Origin: Clostridia bacterium
Lineage (GTDB): Bacteria; Bacillota; Clostridia; Christensenellales; Pumilibacteraceae
Direction: 5' to 3'
Length of the DNA: 64,000 nt
Assembly: GCA_022793815.1 (NCBI GenBank)
Contig: JAAWDP010000011.1
Coordinates: forward strand, 89,457 to 153,456
Positions 36,580-45,449 of the stretch are shown piece after piece. The notes below the pieces were generated by a model that was given only the letters and a program-made list of their open reading frames with translations, was not told the DNA's origin and did no database searches. Within the stretch, counting starts at the first letter, position 1, and each line of letters opens with the position of its first letter. The position numbers were made by a program, and so were the translations under genes.

Positions 36580-39183
36580 TTACGCTTTCGTCAACTTGCG
36601 TTTTTCTGCGGCTTTGCGCCATACGAAGAAACTTATGATTCCCGCCGTGGCAAGAATTACGAGTATAACGATAATCACGGGAAGAACGCCCAATCCGTCG
36701 TACTTTATATACTCCGTGCGCACATATCCTTCCAGCGTGCCCAGTCCTTCGTTGTAACAGCGCACAAGCGTGAATTCCTTTGACGAATCGAATGCGCCTA
36801 TGACTTCGACGCGCTTGCCCGTGGGCAAAGTGTCGTATTCGTCCGCCGCGACAAACTCGCCTTTTTCGTTTTTGAGATAGACCAGCGTGCCCGTCGAACC
36901 GTTTACCGACAGTATGACGGCATTGGTCTGGGGTCTTATGTCGTCGGGCAGATATCCGCGCACCGACACGTTTATCGAACGTATATAGCCCTCTTTTCCG
37001 TCCGCCACTTTAATGCGGTACCATACGCCCGTATTGGGGTATTCGTCGGTGTAACCGCTCACAAACGACAGCATGGCAAACGCCGAATCTTTCGCCGCGG
37101 CATGTGTTTTGTCGTTGTAGCCCTCGTAATCCGTGAGCACGGGTGAGTTCTGACTCGGGTACTTGTATACGGGGGTGGAGGAAAATACGGTTGCCGTCTT
37201 GGCGGGCGCGGCGTCGTATTTCAATGCTTCGGACAGCAAAGACTTGTAGACGTAACCCGTCACGAAACGGTGAGTTTGCACGTCGTCCACGCCTATGCGC
37301 GCAAATGCGGATACGCCCGTGTCATACTCGATAACTATAATGTTTCTGCCTTTTTCGGCGGTGTACAGCGGAGTGGATTCCATCGGACGCTCGAAAATGT
37401 CCAGGTCGAAATTCGCCGTTCGTATTATCCTGCCTCTGTCGCCGCTCACGTTCACAATGTCGTTCGCGTCGTTTCCGATTTCGGGCGGAACAAAACTTTC
37501 GTCGACGGCTTTAACGCCGTAATCCGCCGCGGCTATCCGTTTGACGCAGTGTCTTACGGGGTCGGCGACTATGATGTCGCCGTAAGAAAATATGCCGTTG
37601 CTTATGAGCGACAGGGTGATGTAACCCGCGCCTGCGCCTATCTCGTATCCGCTTTCGTATTCGTGCGAAACCGCCGCGCTTTCGGCATAGTTCGCTTTCG
37701 CGGAGTATTTCGTAATGCGTCCGTCTGATGTAAGCAGGTATATGTTTTTATCAAGGTCGGCTGTCAGCGATACGGCGTCTTTGCCGAAAGAAAACAGCTT
37801 GGCGGAATTCTCGCCGCCGCGCAAACGCATAACGGATTTTTCTTCGGCGTCAAGCGCGTAAATTTCGTCCGTCTGCGAAGGGGCAACGGCAATCGAAACG
37901 TAATTGCCGCGAGCAACTTCGGCGGCTTCGGGACTGTCATCCGATAACGAATCGGAGGCTATCTTCATTACCGAACCGCGGCTCAAAATATAAAGATTTC
38001 CCAATGCGTCGAATTTCATGTCGTCTATAACCGCGCCTTCTGTCTTTACGGTGCGCAAATGTCCGCCGTCGCCGTCAAACACCTCTATTCGGTCCATATC
38101 GTGCGACACGTAAGAATTACCGAGAAAATCCGTAACTGCGGCTGTGGGTTGCGAGAAAGCGTAATCTATGTAACTTACTTTGTCGTTTCGCACGTCTCCG
38201 CTTTTTACGGAAGTGATTTTCGCGACTCGGTTGTTTCCGTAGTCGGCGACAAGCATATAGTCTTTGCGTGTGCTCACACCGTGCGGCATACGGAAAAATC
38301 CGTCCTCGTCGCTTGCCGAGGCTGCTATCTGTTCGGCTTTTGCAAGCGAAGCGTCATATTTTACAATGCGCCCTTCGCCGCACAGAGCGAATATACTGCC
38401 GCCGCCCGCAGTCAATGCTTCGACGCCGCTTGCCGTATCGTTAGCAGCGCGGCGCAGCATTCCGTTCTTGATTTCATATAAGCTTATTCCCGTCGGCTGC
38501 AAAATAGCGACCGACGAAGGGGCGGGGGACGCAAATCCCTTTATGCCGTACATCCGCGAGTATACTTTGTCCGCGCCGTCTGCCGTTATTCTCAAAATGT
38601 CGCATGTGTTTGCGCCCGCGTCCGTGCAAACGAAAATTTCTTCGGGCGAGCATGCCGCAAGATATTTCTTTTCTGCGTCGGTCTGTACGGTGAGCGTTCT
38701 CACGTTTACCGTGTCCGCGCCGCCGTCCGCGCTCACGTCGTACACGGTAATGCCGTTTTCGTTCAAAACGTAAAGTTTGGAGCCGCTTGCGTAAATGTCC
38801 GACACTTTATCGAGAGTAACGTCGGCGCTCACTTCCACCGTCCCGTCGCTTTTCAAAACGAATATTTTTCCCGAGCATACCGCATATTTTTGCGCGTCGG
38901 GCGTAGGGGCAATGCCGTCGAGATATTCGCCCGAATGCGTAAATTTATGAAGCGTGTCCGCCTCCGCCGCATAAAGATTGCTTTCGTCGGCAAACAGGTC
39001 GGTAACGTTTCGGGTGTAGAAATAACCGGATTCGCCCGCGCTTACGAGGTGCGCTTTTATCATTGTGCTTTGTGCTGCCCAAACGTCGTAAATCGGTGCG
39101 GCGCAAACCGCAGGTATCATAGCCGCGGCTATTGCCAGGGCGGCGATAAGTGCTGTCAAAGAGTATTTCTTAACTGTTTTCAT
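36580..39183 (-). CDS. Large membrane-anchored protein: signal peptide, NHL/beta-propeller-like repeats, SH3-like domains, C-terminal TM helix
   Basis: Start at ATG 39183 after GGAG. The upstream ATG 39243 lies upstream of the predicted -10. Signal peptide AVCAAP. An NHL-like block (LVADYGNNRVAKI) and repetitive beta-strand segments follow. SH3b-like segments include ATVFSSTPVYKYPS...GVWYRIKV..GKEGYIRS. The C-terminal TM helix is VLPVIIVILVILATAGIISFFVW. Confidence 0.65.
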   Translation of the reverse strand: MKTVKKYSLTALIAALAIAAAMIPAVCAAPIYDVWAAQSTMIKAHLVSAGESGYFYTRNVTDLFADESNLYAAEADTLHKFTHSGEYLDGIAPTPDAQKYAVCSGKIFVLKSDGTVEVSADVTLDKVSDIYASGSKLYVLNENGITVYDVSADGGADTVNVRTLTVQTDAEKKYLAACSPEEIFVCTDAGANTCDILRITADGADKVYSRMYGIKGFASPAPSSVAILQPTGISLYEIKNGMLRRAANDTASGVEALTAGGGSIFALCGEGRIVKYDASLAKAEQIAASASDEDGFFRMPHGVSTRKDYMLVADYGNNRVAKITSVKSGDVRNDKVSYIDYAFSQPTAAVTDFLGNSYVSHDMDRIEVFDGDGGHLRTVKTEGAVIDDMKFDALGNLYILSRGSVMKIASDSLSDDSPEAAEVARGNYVSIAVAPSQTDEIYALDAEEKSVMRLRGGENSAKLFSFGKDAVSLTADLDKNIYLLTSDGRITKYSAKANYAESAAVSHEYESGYEIGAGAGYITLSLISNGIFSYGDIIVADPVRHCVKRIAAADYGVKAVDESFVPPEIGNDANDIVNVSGDRGRIIRTANFDLDIFERPMESTPLYTAEKGRNIIVIEYDTGVSAFARIGVDDVQTHRFVTGYVYKSLLSEALKYDAAPAKTATVFSSTPVYKYPSQNSPVLTDYEGYNDKTHAAAKDSAFAMLSFVSGYTDEYPNTGVWYRIKVADGKEGYIRSINVSVRGYLPDDIRPQTNAVILSVNGSTGTLVYLKNEKGEFVAADEYDTLPTGKRVEVIGAFDSSKEFTLVRCYNEGLGTLEGYVRTEYIKYDGLGVLPVIIVILVILATAGIISFFVWRKAAEKRKLTKA

Positions 39184-39231
39184 GCTTCGCTCCAAACAAG
39201 AAATTCGTCGAATTTTGTCGTATACCTTATA

Positions 39232-39260
39232 ATTATAGCACATCGCCGCCGCATTGTAAA
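39232..39260 (-). promoter_or_regulatory. Putative promoter of the 887-aa protein gene
   Basis: On the - strand: TTTACA (39260-39255), a 17-nt spacer including the TG extension, then extended -10 TGcTATAAT (39240-39232). Confidence 0.55.
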
Positions 39261-39376
39261 TAGATTTTGCCGTCCTCGGCGGCGGTTTTGTCCGCGCTTA
39301 ATGTGACAAATTATCGAAAAAAGTAAAAAAAATCGAAAAAAACCGAAAAAAATCACAATTATTTTTCAAAACCCCC

Positions 39377-39405
39377 TATACAAGTTCGAAAATATGTGTT
39401 ATAAT
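39377..39405 (+). promoter_or_regulatory. Putative promoter of the ppx/gppA-maf-mreB unit
   Basis: A weak -35 TATACA (39377-39382) and an extended -10 TGtTATAAT (39397-39405). Four phased A-tracts lie 45-90 nt upstream. Confidence 0.45.
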
Positions 39406-39524
39406 ATATCCGTGAATTTTTGTTTTGCGGATTTTCGTCAACAGGAAGTTTTCGGCAGGAGTTCAATATTACACGGTTAAATCGAAGCTTTGCGCAAGCG
39501 GCGCATAAAGCAGAGGAGTTCATC

Positions 39525-41039
39525 TTGGAAAGAATAGCAGTAATAGACTTGGGCAGTAATTCGGCAAGACTTGTCGTTTCGGACATAATGCCGAGCGGTC
39601 ACTTCGTGGTAGTCGACGAATTAAAAGAAACGGTAAGGCTCGGACAGGATATGGAGCGCGACGGATTTTTGAAGCCCGCGCGCGTGGCACAGGCGGTCAA
39701 GACGTTGAAGATGTTCCGCAAACTGTGCGACAGTTACAAAGTGGACAAGGTATATCCGATTGCCACCAACGCCGTAAGGCGCGCCAAAAACCAAAAGAGT
39801 TTCCTCGAAGAAATAAATTCCGTGTGCGGCTTCAAATTCCGCGTACTCAGCGAGGAAGAAGAATCGACGCACATATACCAGGGCGTAATCAATTCGCTCG
39901 ATGTCCCGAAAGCCGTGATAATGGATATTTCGGGCTCGTCCACACAGCTAATTCACTATAACCGCCGCAACGTGCTCAATCGCGAAAATCTGCCGTTCGG
40001 TACGATAACGCTGAGCGATTTGTTCAACGACCCCAATCTTACCGCCGCACAGCAGGCGAGAAACGTCGAAGCGTTTGTCACCGAGCAGTTCGACCGTATC
40101 GGCTGGCTCAAAGAAATAGACCCCGACGTGCAGTTCGTGGGCGTCGGCGGTACTTTCCGCAACCTCGCCAAGATAAGCAGAATCATAAAACACTATCCGC
40201 TCGAAATGATACACAATTCCAACGTGTCCGTGGGCGACTTCGAAGTCGTTTACGATAAGGTCACTTCGCGCGATGCGGACAAGCGCACGAGAATCCGCGG
40301 ACTCAGCGTCGAACGCGCCGATATATTCGTTTCCGCGCTCGCCTGCGTAAAAGCGTTCTTCTCGGTTGCGGGATTTGAAAACCTTGTTATTTCGGCGTCC
40401 GGCATACGCGAGGGAATAATGTTCAACCATGCCGTGCCTTCCACCGTGGAAAAGCCGATAACCGACGTCATGGGTCATTCGCTCATGACCGAAATGCTGT
40501 ATTTCGGCGTGAATATACCCCATGCCGAACACGTCTGCAATCTGTCCATACAGCTCTACAAGCAGCTGCGCGTGCTGCATAAGCTTCCGCGCCAGTACGT
40601 TAAAGTATTGCGCATAGCGTCGCTATTGCACGATTCGGGCAAGGGTATCAGATTCTACGACCACAACAAGCATTCGTTCTATTTCATTCTCAACAGCGGA
40701 CTCTACGGCGTGACTCACCGCGATTTGGTGCTTGCGGCGTTCGTTGCCCGACACCAGCCGTACGACGAGTTCAACGTGGCGGAATGGAACAGATATAAGG
40801 ATATAGTCAGGGAAGAGGATTTGGTGGCGGTCATGAAACTGTCCGTCATACTCCGTCTTGCCGAAAGCCTCGACCGCAGCGGACTCGGCGCAGTCAAAAC
40901 GCTTAACTGCGACGTGCTCGGCGACAGCGTAATAATGAAAACGCAGGTCGAAGGCGATTGCTCGCTCGAAATAAAGACCGCTCTCACCGTGGGTGCGGAC
41001 TTCGCCAAAGCATACAGAAAGAACCTCGAAATACTGTGA
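39525..41039 (+). CDS. Ppx/GppA-family phosphatase with C-terminal HD domain
   Basis: TTG 39525 lies 6 nt after AGAGGAG. The ASKHA motif IAVIDLGSNSARLVV is present, followed by GVGGTFRNL and the HD region ASLLHDSGK. The ORF extension from 39420 has no SD. Confidence 0.85.
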   Translation: MERIAVIDLGSNSARLVVSDIMPSGHFVVVDELKETVRLGQDMERDGFLKPARVAQAVKTLKMFRKLCDSYKVDKVYPIATNAVRRAKNQKSFLEEINSVCGFKFRVLSEEEESTHIYQGVINSLDVPKAVIMDISGSSTQLIHYNRRNVLNRENLPFGTITLSDLFNDPNLTAAQQARNVEAFVTEQFDRIGWLKEIDPDVQFVGVGGTFRNLAKISRIIKHYPLEMIHNSNVSVGDFEVVYDKVTSRDADKRTRIRGLSVERADIFVSALACVKAFFSVAGFENLVISASGIREGIMFNHAVPSTVEKPITDVMGHSLMTEMLYFGVNIPHAEHVCNLSIQLYKQLRVLHKLPRQYVKVLRIASLLHDSGKGIRFYDHNKHSFYFILNSGLYGVTHRDLVLAAFVARHQPYDEFNVAEWNRYKDIVREEDLVAVMKLSVILRLAESLDRSGLGAVKTLNCDVLGDSVIMKTQVEGDCSLEIKTALTVGADFAKAYRKNLEIL

Positions 41040-41698
41040 GAATAATTCTCGCCAGTGCTTCGCCGCGCAGAAAAAGCCTGCTCGAAAGCGCGGGCGTAAA
41101 GGCTGAAATAATTCCTTCGAACGCGGACGAGAGCGACGCGGACGAAAACATTGCGCTCAAAAGCGCCGAACCCGACGCCGCACTGGCTCTTTCGCGCGCT
41201 CGGCTCAAAGCCTTCGACGTCGCGCGCAGTCTGTCAAAGCAGTCAAAGGCAAATCCTTTTGTCGTATGTCCGCAGAAGCAAAACCAAAACGGGCGCGGCG
41301 GATTTATAGTCATAGGCGCGGATACCGTAGTGTATAAGGACGGGCGCTTTTACGGCAAGCCCTCGGACGCCGCCGACGCTCGGCGTATGCTTTCCGAGCT
41401 TTCGGACGCGACGCACAGTGTCGTGACGGGCGTGTGTATCGTCGACAGTGATTTCGATATGCGGTTGTTTTACGAAAGAACGCTTCTGACTTTTTCCGAA
41501 ATAGACCCTTGCGCGGCGGAGGCATACGTAAACTGCGGCAAGTCGTTCGGCAAAGCAGGCGCATACGGCGCTCAGGATAAAGAAATACAAACATACATAA
41601 AATGCTTAGACGGGGAGCTCGACAATGTGATAGGGCTTCCCGTAAAGAAACTACTGAAACACATTGAGGAGAACTCGAAATGGCGGCAATGGAAATAG
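41036..41698 (+). CDS. maf: Maf-family nucleoside triphosphate pyrophosphatase (septum formation protein)
   Basis: The GTG overlaps the ppx stop (GTGA). It has IILASASPRRKSLL, VIGADTVV and GKAGAYGAQD motifs, with an extra insert of about 50 aa after the first motif. Confidence 0.85.
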   Translation: MRIILASASPRRKSLLESAGVKAEIIPSNADESDADENIALKSAEPDAALALSRARLKAFDVARSLSKQSKANPFVVCPQKQNQNGRGGFIVIGADTVVYKDGRFYGKPSDAADARRMLSELSDATHSVVTGVCIVDSDFDMRLFYERTLLTFSEIDPCAAEAYVNCGKSFGKAGAYGAQDKEIQTYIKCLDGELDNVIGLPVKKLLKHIEENSKWRQWK

Positions 41699-42687
41699 CA
41701 GTCGAAATAGGAACGTCTTATACGTCCGTGTATCTGTCGGGACAGGGCATAGTTTTGCGCGAGCCGACGGTCGTGGCGTTTATGAACGACGGCGGCAGAA
41801 AAAAGGTGCGCGCCGTCGGCGACAAAGCGATGGAAATGATAGGGAAGACTCCCGAAAAAACCACGGTAGTGACGCCCGTAGTCGACGGAATAATTGCCGA
41901 CCCCGACACTTGCGCGGTAATGCTCAAAGAATATATAAGAAAGATACTTCCCGAAAACTATCTGTTTTTTCCCAAGATAAGAGCTATTCTCGGAGTGCCT
42001 ACGGGACTGTCCGTCGAGGAAAGAAAGATGTACGAGGATGTGCTTGCCGCCGCGCGCATAACCGACGTTACGATGATAGAAAACATAATGCTTTCCGGCA
42101 TAGGCATAGATTTGCCGATAAATTTGCCCAACGGCGGATTTGTGGTTAATATAGGCGGCGGAGTTACGGAAATAGCCGCAATAAGTCTCAGCGGAGTGAT
42201 TTCCGGCTGCGGAGTTACCGTCGGCGGCAACATGATGGATAAAGCGCTCATAGACTATATTGCCGGCAAGTTCAGCCTTAAAGTCGGAATAAACGCCGTG
42301 CGCAAGCTCAAACACGGCATAGGCTCGCTTTCCCCCAACGACAATTCGCAAATGGACGTGGAAGGCATAGATATCAGAACCAAGATTCCCACGGGCGTCA
42401 CCGTTTATGCAACCGATATCCGCGAGGCTGTGCTCCCGTATTACAACAAAATCTGCGATGCGGTCGAGAACATAATAAACGAGTGTCCGCCCGCAATCGC
42501 CGCGGATATTTACAAAACGGGCATATATGTCGTAGGCGGCGCGGGGTCGATTTTCGGTCTCGGCGATTTGATGAAAGAACGCCTTAAACTCAATGTCTAT
42601 TTTCCGCCCGACCCCTCTTATGCGGCGATACTCGGCGCAGGCAAACTTCTCGGTGACGAAAAACTTCTGCACGAGATACTTATGTAG
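41680..42687 (+). CDS. mreB: MreB-family actin-like protein
   Basis: GAGGAG lies 8 nt before the ATG. Actin-fold motifs are AVEIGTSYTSVY, EPTVVA, VVNIGGGVTEIA and YVVGGAGSIFGL. It sits directly after maf, as in Bacillus-type operons. Confidence 0.8.
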   Translation: MAAMEIAVEIGTSYTSVYLSGQGIVLREPTVVAFMNDGGRKKVRAVGDKAMEMIGKTPEKTTVVTPVVDGIIADPDTCAVMLKEYIRKILPENYLFFPKIRAILGVPTGLSVEERKMYEDVLAAARITDVTMIENIMLSGIGIDLPINLPNGGFVVNIGGGVTEIAAISLSGVISGCGVTVGGNMMDKALIDYIAGKFSLKVGINAVRKLKHGIGSLSPNDNSQMDVEGIDIRTKIPTGVTVYATDIREAVLPYYNKICDAVENIINECPPAIAADIYKTGIYVVGGAGSIFGLGDLMKERLKLNVYFPPDPSYAAILGAGKLLGDEKLLHEILM

Positions 42688-42749
42688 CTGCTTAAAAGTA
42701 TCGATAAAGAAACAGTGCTATGCGGTTAATTGCGAAAAAGGAGAATACT

Positions 42750-43130
42750 TTGGAAAAGAAAATTCATACGGTTGCCCTTATCGCTCATGACAACAAAAAG
42801 AGCGAAATCGTCGAATGGGCGAAACTGAATAAAGAGGTTTTGAAAAATCACAGACTATGCGGAACGGGGACGACCGCACGTTTGGTGCGCGAAGCCGCGG
42901 GATTGAATGTCGAAGGATTTTTGAGCGGTCCGCTCGGCGGCGACCAGCAGATAGGCGCGCATGTCGCGGAAGGGAAGATAGACGTCGTCGTATTCTTTTG
43001 GGACCCGCTTTCCTCTCAGCCTCACGACCCCGACGTAAAGGCGCTGCTGCGCATTGCGGTCGTATACGACGTGCCCATCGCCACCAATAAGGCAACGGCG
43101 GACTACATACTGAAATCTTCGCTGTTCTGA
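42750..43130 (+). CDS. mgsA: Methylglyoxal synthase
   Basis: TTG 42750 lies 6 nt after AAAGGAG. Motifs are VALIAHDNKK, LCGTGTTA, GPLGGDQQIGA and DPLSSQPHDPDV. ATG 42720 is the alternative start. Confidence 0.85.
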   Translation: MEKKIHTVALIAHDNKKSEIVEWAKLNKEVLKNHRLCGTGTTARLVREAAGLNVEGFLSGPLGGDQQIGAHVAEGKIDVVVFFWDPLSSQPHDPDVKALLRIAVVYDVPIATNKATADYILKSSLF

Positions 43131-43377
43131 TTGACGGCACCTGTTGTGCGAATACGGTATAGAAAGCAAATTTTATATGACAAAAGCATATAAAAAAGAG
43201 GCGACGGAATAAACGGTTTTCCGCCGCTCTTTTGCTATTTTACATGCAAATCACCGAAAACATCGAACTATGCCACGCATAATGGTATATTTACTGTACC
43301 ATGTCGAAAAGTTTGCTGATTTATTACGAGTTTAAGAAGCAAAACATTGTGGGGAATCATGTGTTTAGCGGATTTGT

Positions 43378-43896
43378 TTAGCTTAACGATTCCAAAGACA
43401 AAGCTATGTATGCAATTTGTTCGTTATAAAGATTCTGTTTGTCGGCGTCGGTTGTTTCTGCGCACTTTGCTTCCAACTCTTCAAGCCAGTATTCGAGCCA
43501 ATCGATTTGCTTAGACTGCGAAACACCGTCGAGAGCCGAATTTACTTTCTCGCAAAATGTATCATAATCGTCACTCATTACATCTATTTCAGGCTTGCTT
43601 TTTACACGATTGACTTTTTTCGGCTGACTGTTATTTTCACCAACACCTTCTTTTGCTGATATCGATGACTTTTCCATATCCTCTATGATGCTGTTAAGCG
43701 CATCCGAAAGTTGCGTTACTAATACCCCAAAAATAACAGCACTGGGCAACATGGCGATAATTAAGACCCACCAATAGGGACTTTTGAAAAGTGCCGCTAT
43801 TATTCCCGTTATAAATCCAAATATAATATATATAGTCAGCAAAGTATTAAGAGTTTTTATCAGCTTAGCTACTGCATTTCTTGACTTTTCTTTCAA
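43378..43896 (-). CDS. Hypothetical two-TM membrane protein in a low-GC islet
   Basis: TTG start 5 nt after GAGGTG. Two hydrophobic helices are followed by a helical acidic C-terminal part. I recognise no motif. Confidence 0.55.
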   Translation of the reverse strand: MKEKSRNAVAKLIKTLNTLLTIYIIFGFITGIIAALFKSPYWWVLIIAMLPSAVIFGVLVTQLSDALNSIIEDMEKSSISAKEGVGENNSQPKKVNRVKSKPEIDVMSDDYDTFCEKVNSALDGVSQSKQIDWLEYWLEELEAKCAETTDADKQNLYNEQIAYIALSLESLS

Positions 43897-43930
43897 TCTC
43901 TCACCTCAATGTTATAAAATGTCTTTACAT

Positions 43931-43959
43931 TATTATACTTTTAAACATCGAAATTGTCA
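43931..43959 (-). promoter_or_regulatory. Consensus sigma-A promoter for the 172-aa gene
   Basis: On the - strand this is the exact consensus: TTGACA (43959-43954), a 17-nt spacer, then TATAAT (43936-43931). Confidence 0.65.
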
Positions 43960-44349
43960 AGCTGAATGGTCTCTATCTCCGCGAACTATCGCCCGGCTTT
44001 CATGCTCGGGTACGCTTCCCGTTACGCTCGGTGTAAACGTAACCATATTATGCCACGCATAATATATGCAAAATCGATTGTAATTTGCAAAAGTTTCTGC
44101 GCTGCGCGGTATTTTTAATGCACTATTATTGTCCGCCATTATTGTTTTGTTCTGTTTTTCAAAAAAGCCGTTATGGTGCCGAAGCGGGCATATTTGCTTT
44201 GAGCCAATAAAACAGTAAATACGACAAACAACGGCATAAATTCGCATTGCCTTTGTGCGGATTAAAATGCTATACTTTTCCTTACGGAAACATTCGGCGC
44301 TGCGGCGTATTGTTTTACGTTAGCCGCTGATTCTGCGGCGGAGGTGAGT

Positions 44350-45141
44350 ATGGCTCGTTCTATTGTTGTTACTTCGGGAAAAGGCGGAGTGGGGAAAAGC
44401 ACCGTAACCGTCGCTCTCGGCAAGGCGCTTTGCCGCAGGGGAAAGCGCGTCGTTTTGGTGGACACGGATATCGGTCTGAATAATCTCGATGTGCTGCTCG
44501 ACATGGAGCACCGCGTCGTATACGATTTGCTGGATGTCGTTCACAACCGCTGCCGAGTCCGTCAGGCGCTTTTAGAGGATACCGATACAGGCGGACTGTT
44601 TTTGCTGCCGTCCGCGCATACATACGAGGCGAGCGAAATAAGCGCGCAGAATATCCGAGTGATAGTCAATTCTCTCGCGCCGTCTTTCGATTACGTTCTC
44701 ATCGACTGTCCCGCCGGCATAGAACTCGGTTTTCACCGCTCTGTTGCTGCGGCGCGCGAAGCGCTTGTCGTCACCACGCCGCATATATCCGCGGTGCGCG
44801 ATGCGTCGAAGGTCATTCCGATTCTTACAAGCTACGGCTTGAAATCCCGTCTGATTGTCAACCGTTGCAGGGGCGACCTTGTAATGGACAGCGAAATGGC
44901 GGACTGCGACACAATCTGCGAAGCGCTCGGGGTGGGTATTGCGGGGGTTATTCCCGACGATGACGTCATAAATCTGCAATCCAATGCTCTGCCGCCGCGT
45001 TCGCGTCGTTCGGAAGGGTTGGCGGCAATAGAGATTCTTGCCGATAACGTAATGAACGGCACCGACACTGTCTATGACGTTACGAGACGCTACCGCGGAC
45101 TGTTCGGCTTTTTCAAACGCGGACTTCGGAAATTGGTTTAG
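44350..45141 (+). CDS. minD: Septum site-determining ATPase MinD
   Basis: GGAGGTG precedes ATG 44350. It has the deviant Walker A SGKGGVGKST, DTDIGLNNLD and IDCPAG, plus a C-terminal amphipathic tail GLFGFFKRGLRKL. Confidence 0.9.
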   Translation: MARSIVVTSGKGGVGKSTVTVALGKALCRRGKRVVLVDTDIGLNNLDVLLDMEHRVVYDLLDVVHNRCRVRQALLEDTDTGGLFLLPSAHTYEASEISAQNIRVIVNSLAPSFDYVLIDCPAGIELGFHRSVAAAREALVVTTPHISAVRDASKVIPILTSYGLKSRLIVNRCRGDLVMDSEMADCDTICEALGVGIAGVIPDDDVINLQSNALPPRSRRSEGLAAIEILADNVMNGTDTVYDVTRRYRGLFGFFKRGLRKLV

Positions 45142-45153
45142 TCGGGGCATATT

Positions 45154-45387
45154 ATGAACAGAATAAAAAATAAATTGAAAAATGCCGTGGTGTCGGGGCG
45201 CGACGGTAATGCCGAGCATGCGCTCAAAGTTCTGCGCGCGGACGTCTGCCGTCTGTTTTGCGACTACTTTGTGTTTGACACTTCGAACCTCGATATTACT
45301 GCGGATTTGCTGCCTTCGGGAAGTGTGTCTCTGGTCATTTCTCTGAAAGCCGAAAAGTTCTGCGAGACGGGGAAGACTCTTGATTAA
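45154..45387 (+). CDS. minE: Possible MinE-like topological specificity factor
   Basis: A 77-aa ORF 12 nt after minD with a basic N-terminus. The segment AEHALKVLRADV...DYFVFDTSNLDITADL..SVSLVISL loosely follows the MinE pattern (AKERLqlvL.hDR...v.i......l.l.i). Similarity was judged by eye only. Confidence 0.45.
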   Translation: MNRIKNKLKNAVVSGRDGNAEHALKVLRADVCRLFCDYFVFDTSNLDITADLLPSGSVSLVISLKAEKFCETGKTLD

Positions 45388-45449
45388 GTGCCGAGCCGCA
45401 AAAGCGTACAAGCAGTCATATATCCGGGCGTGCGCGCGTATAATACGGC

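Noticed and set aside
39184-39243. An upstream ATG (39243) for the 887-aa gene
   Set aside because: That ATG lies upstream of the predicted extended -10 (39240-39232). The ATG at 39183 has a GGAG SD and begins a canonical signal peptide (MKTVKKYSLTALIAALAIAAA).
39244-39290. A GC-rich inverted repeat CGCCGCCG-N25-CGGCGGCG followed by GTTTTG, resembling a + strand terminator
   Set aside because: There is no + strand gene upstream to terminate, the 25-nt loop is long, and it overlaps the -35 of the - strand promoter. It is probably incidental or a protein-binding site, so it was not called.
43957-44247. A 96-aa ORF on the - strand (possible shorter form from MADNNSALK at 44138)
   Set aside because: No SD precedes either start, the sequence is odd and Cys/His/Phe-rich, and its 3' end overlaps the consensus promoter of the next gene. 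It may be a decayed gene fragment. It is mentioned under the islet finding but not called as a CDS.
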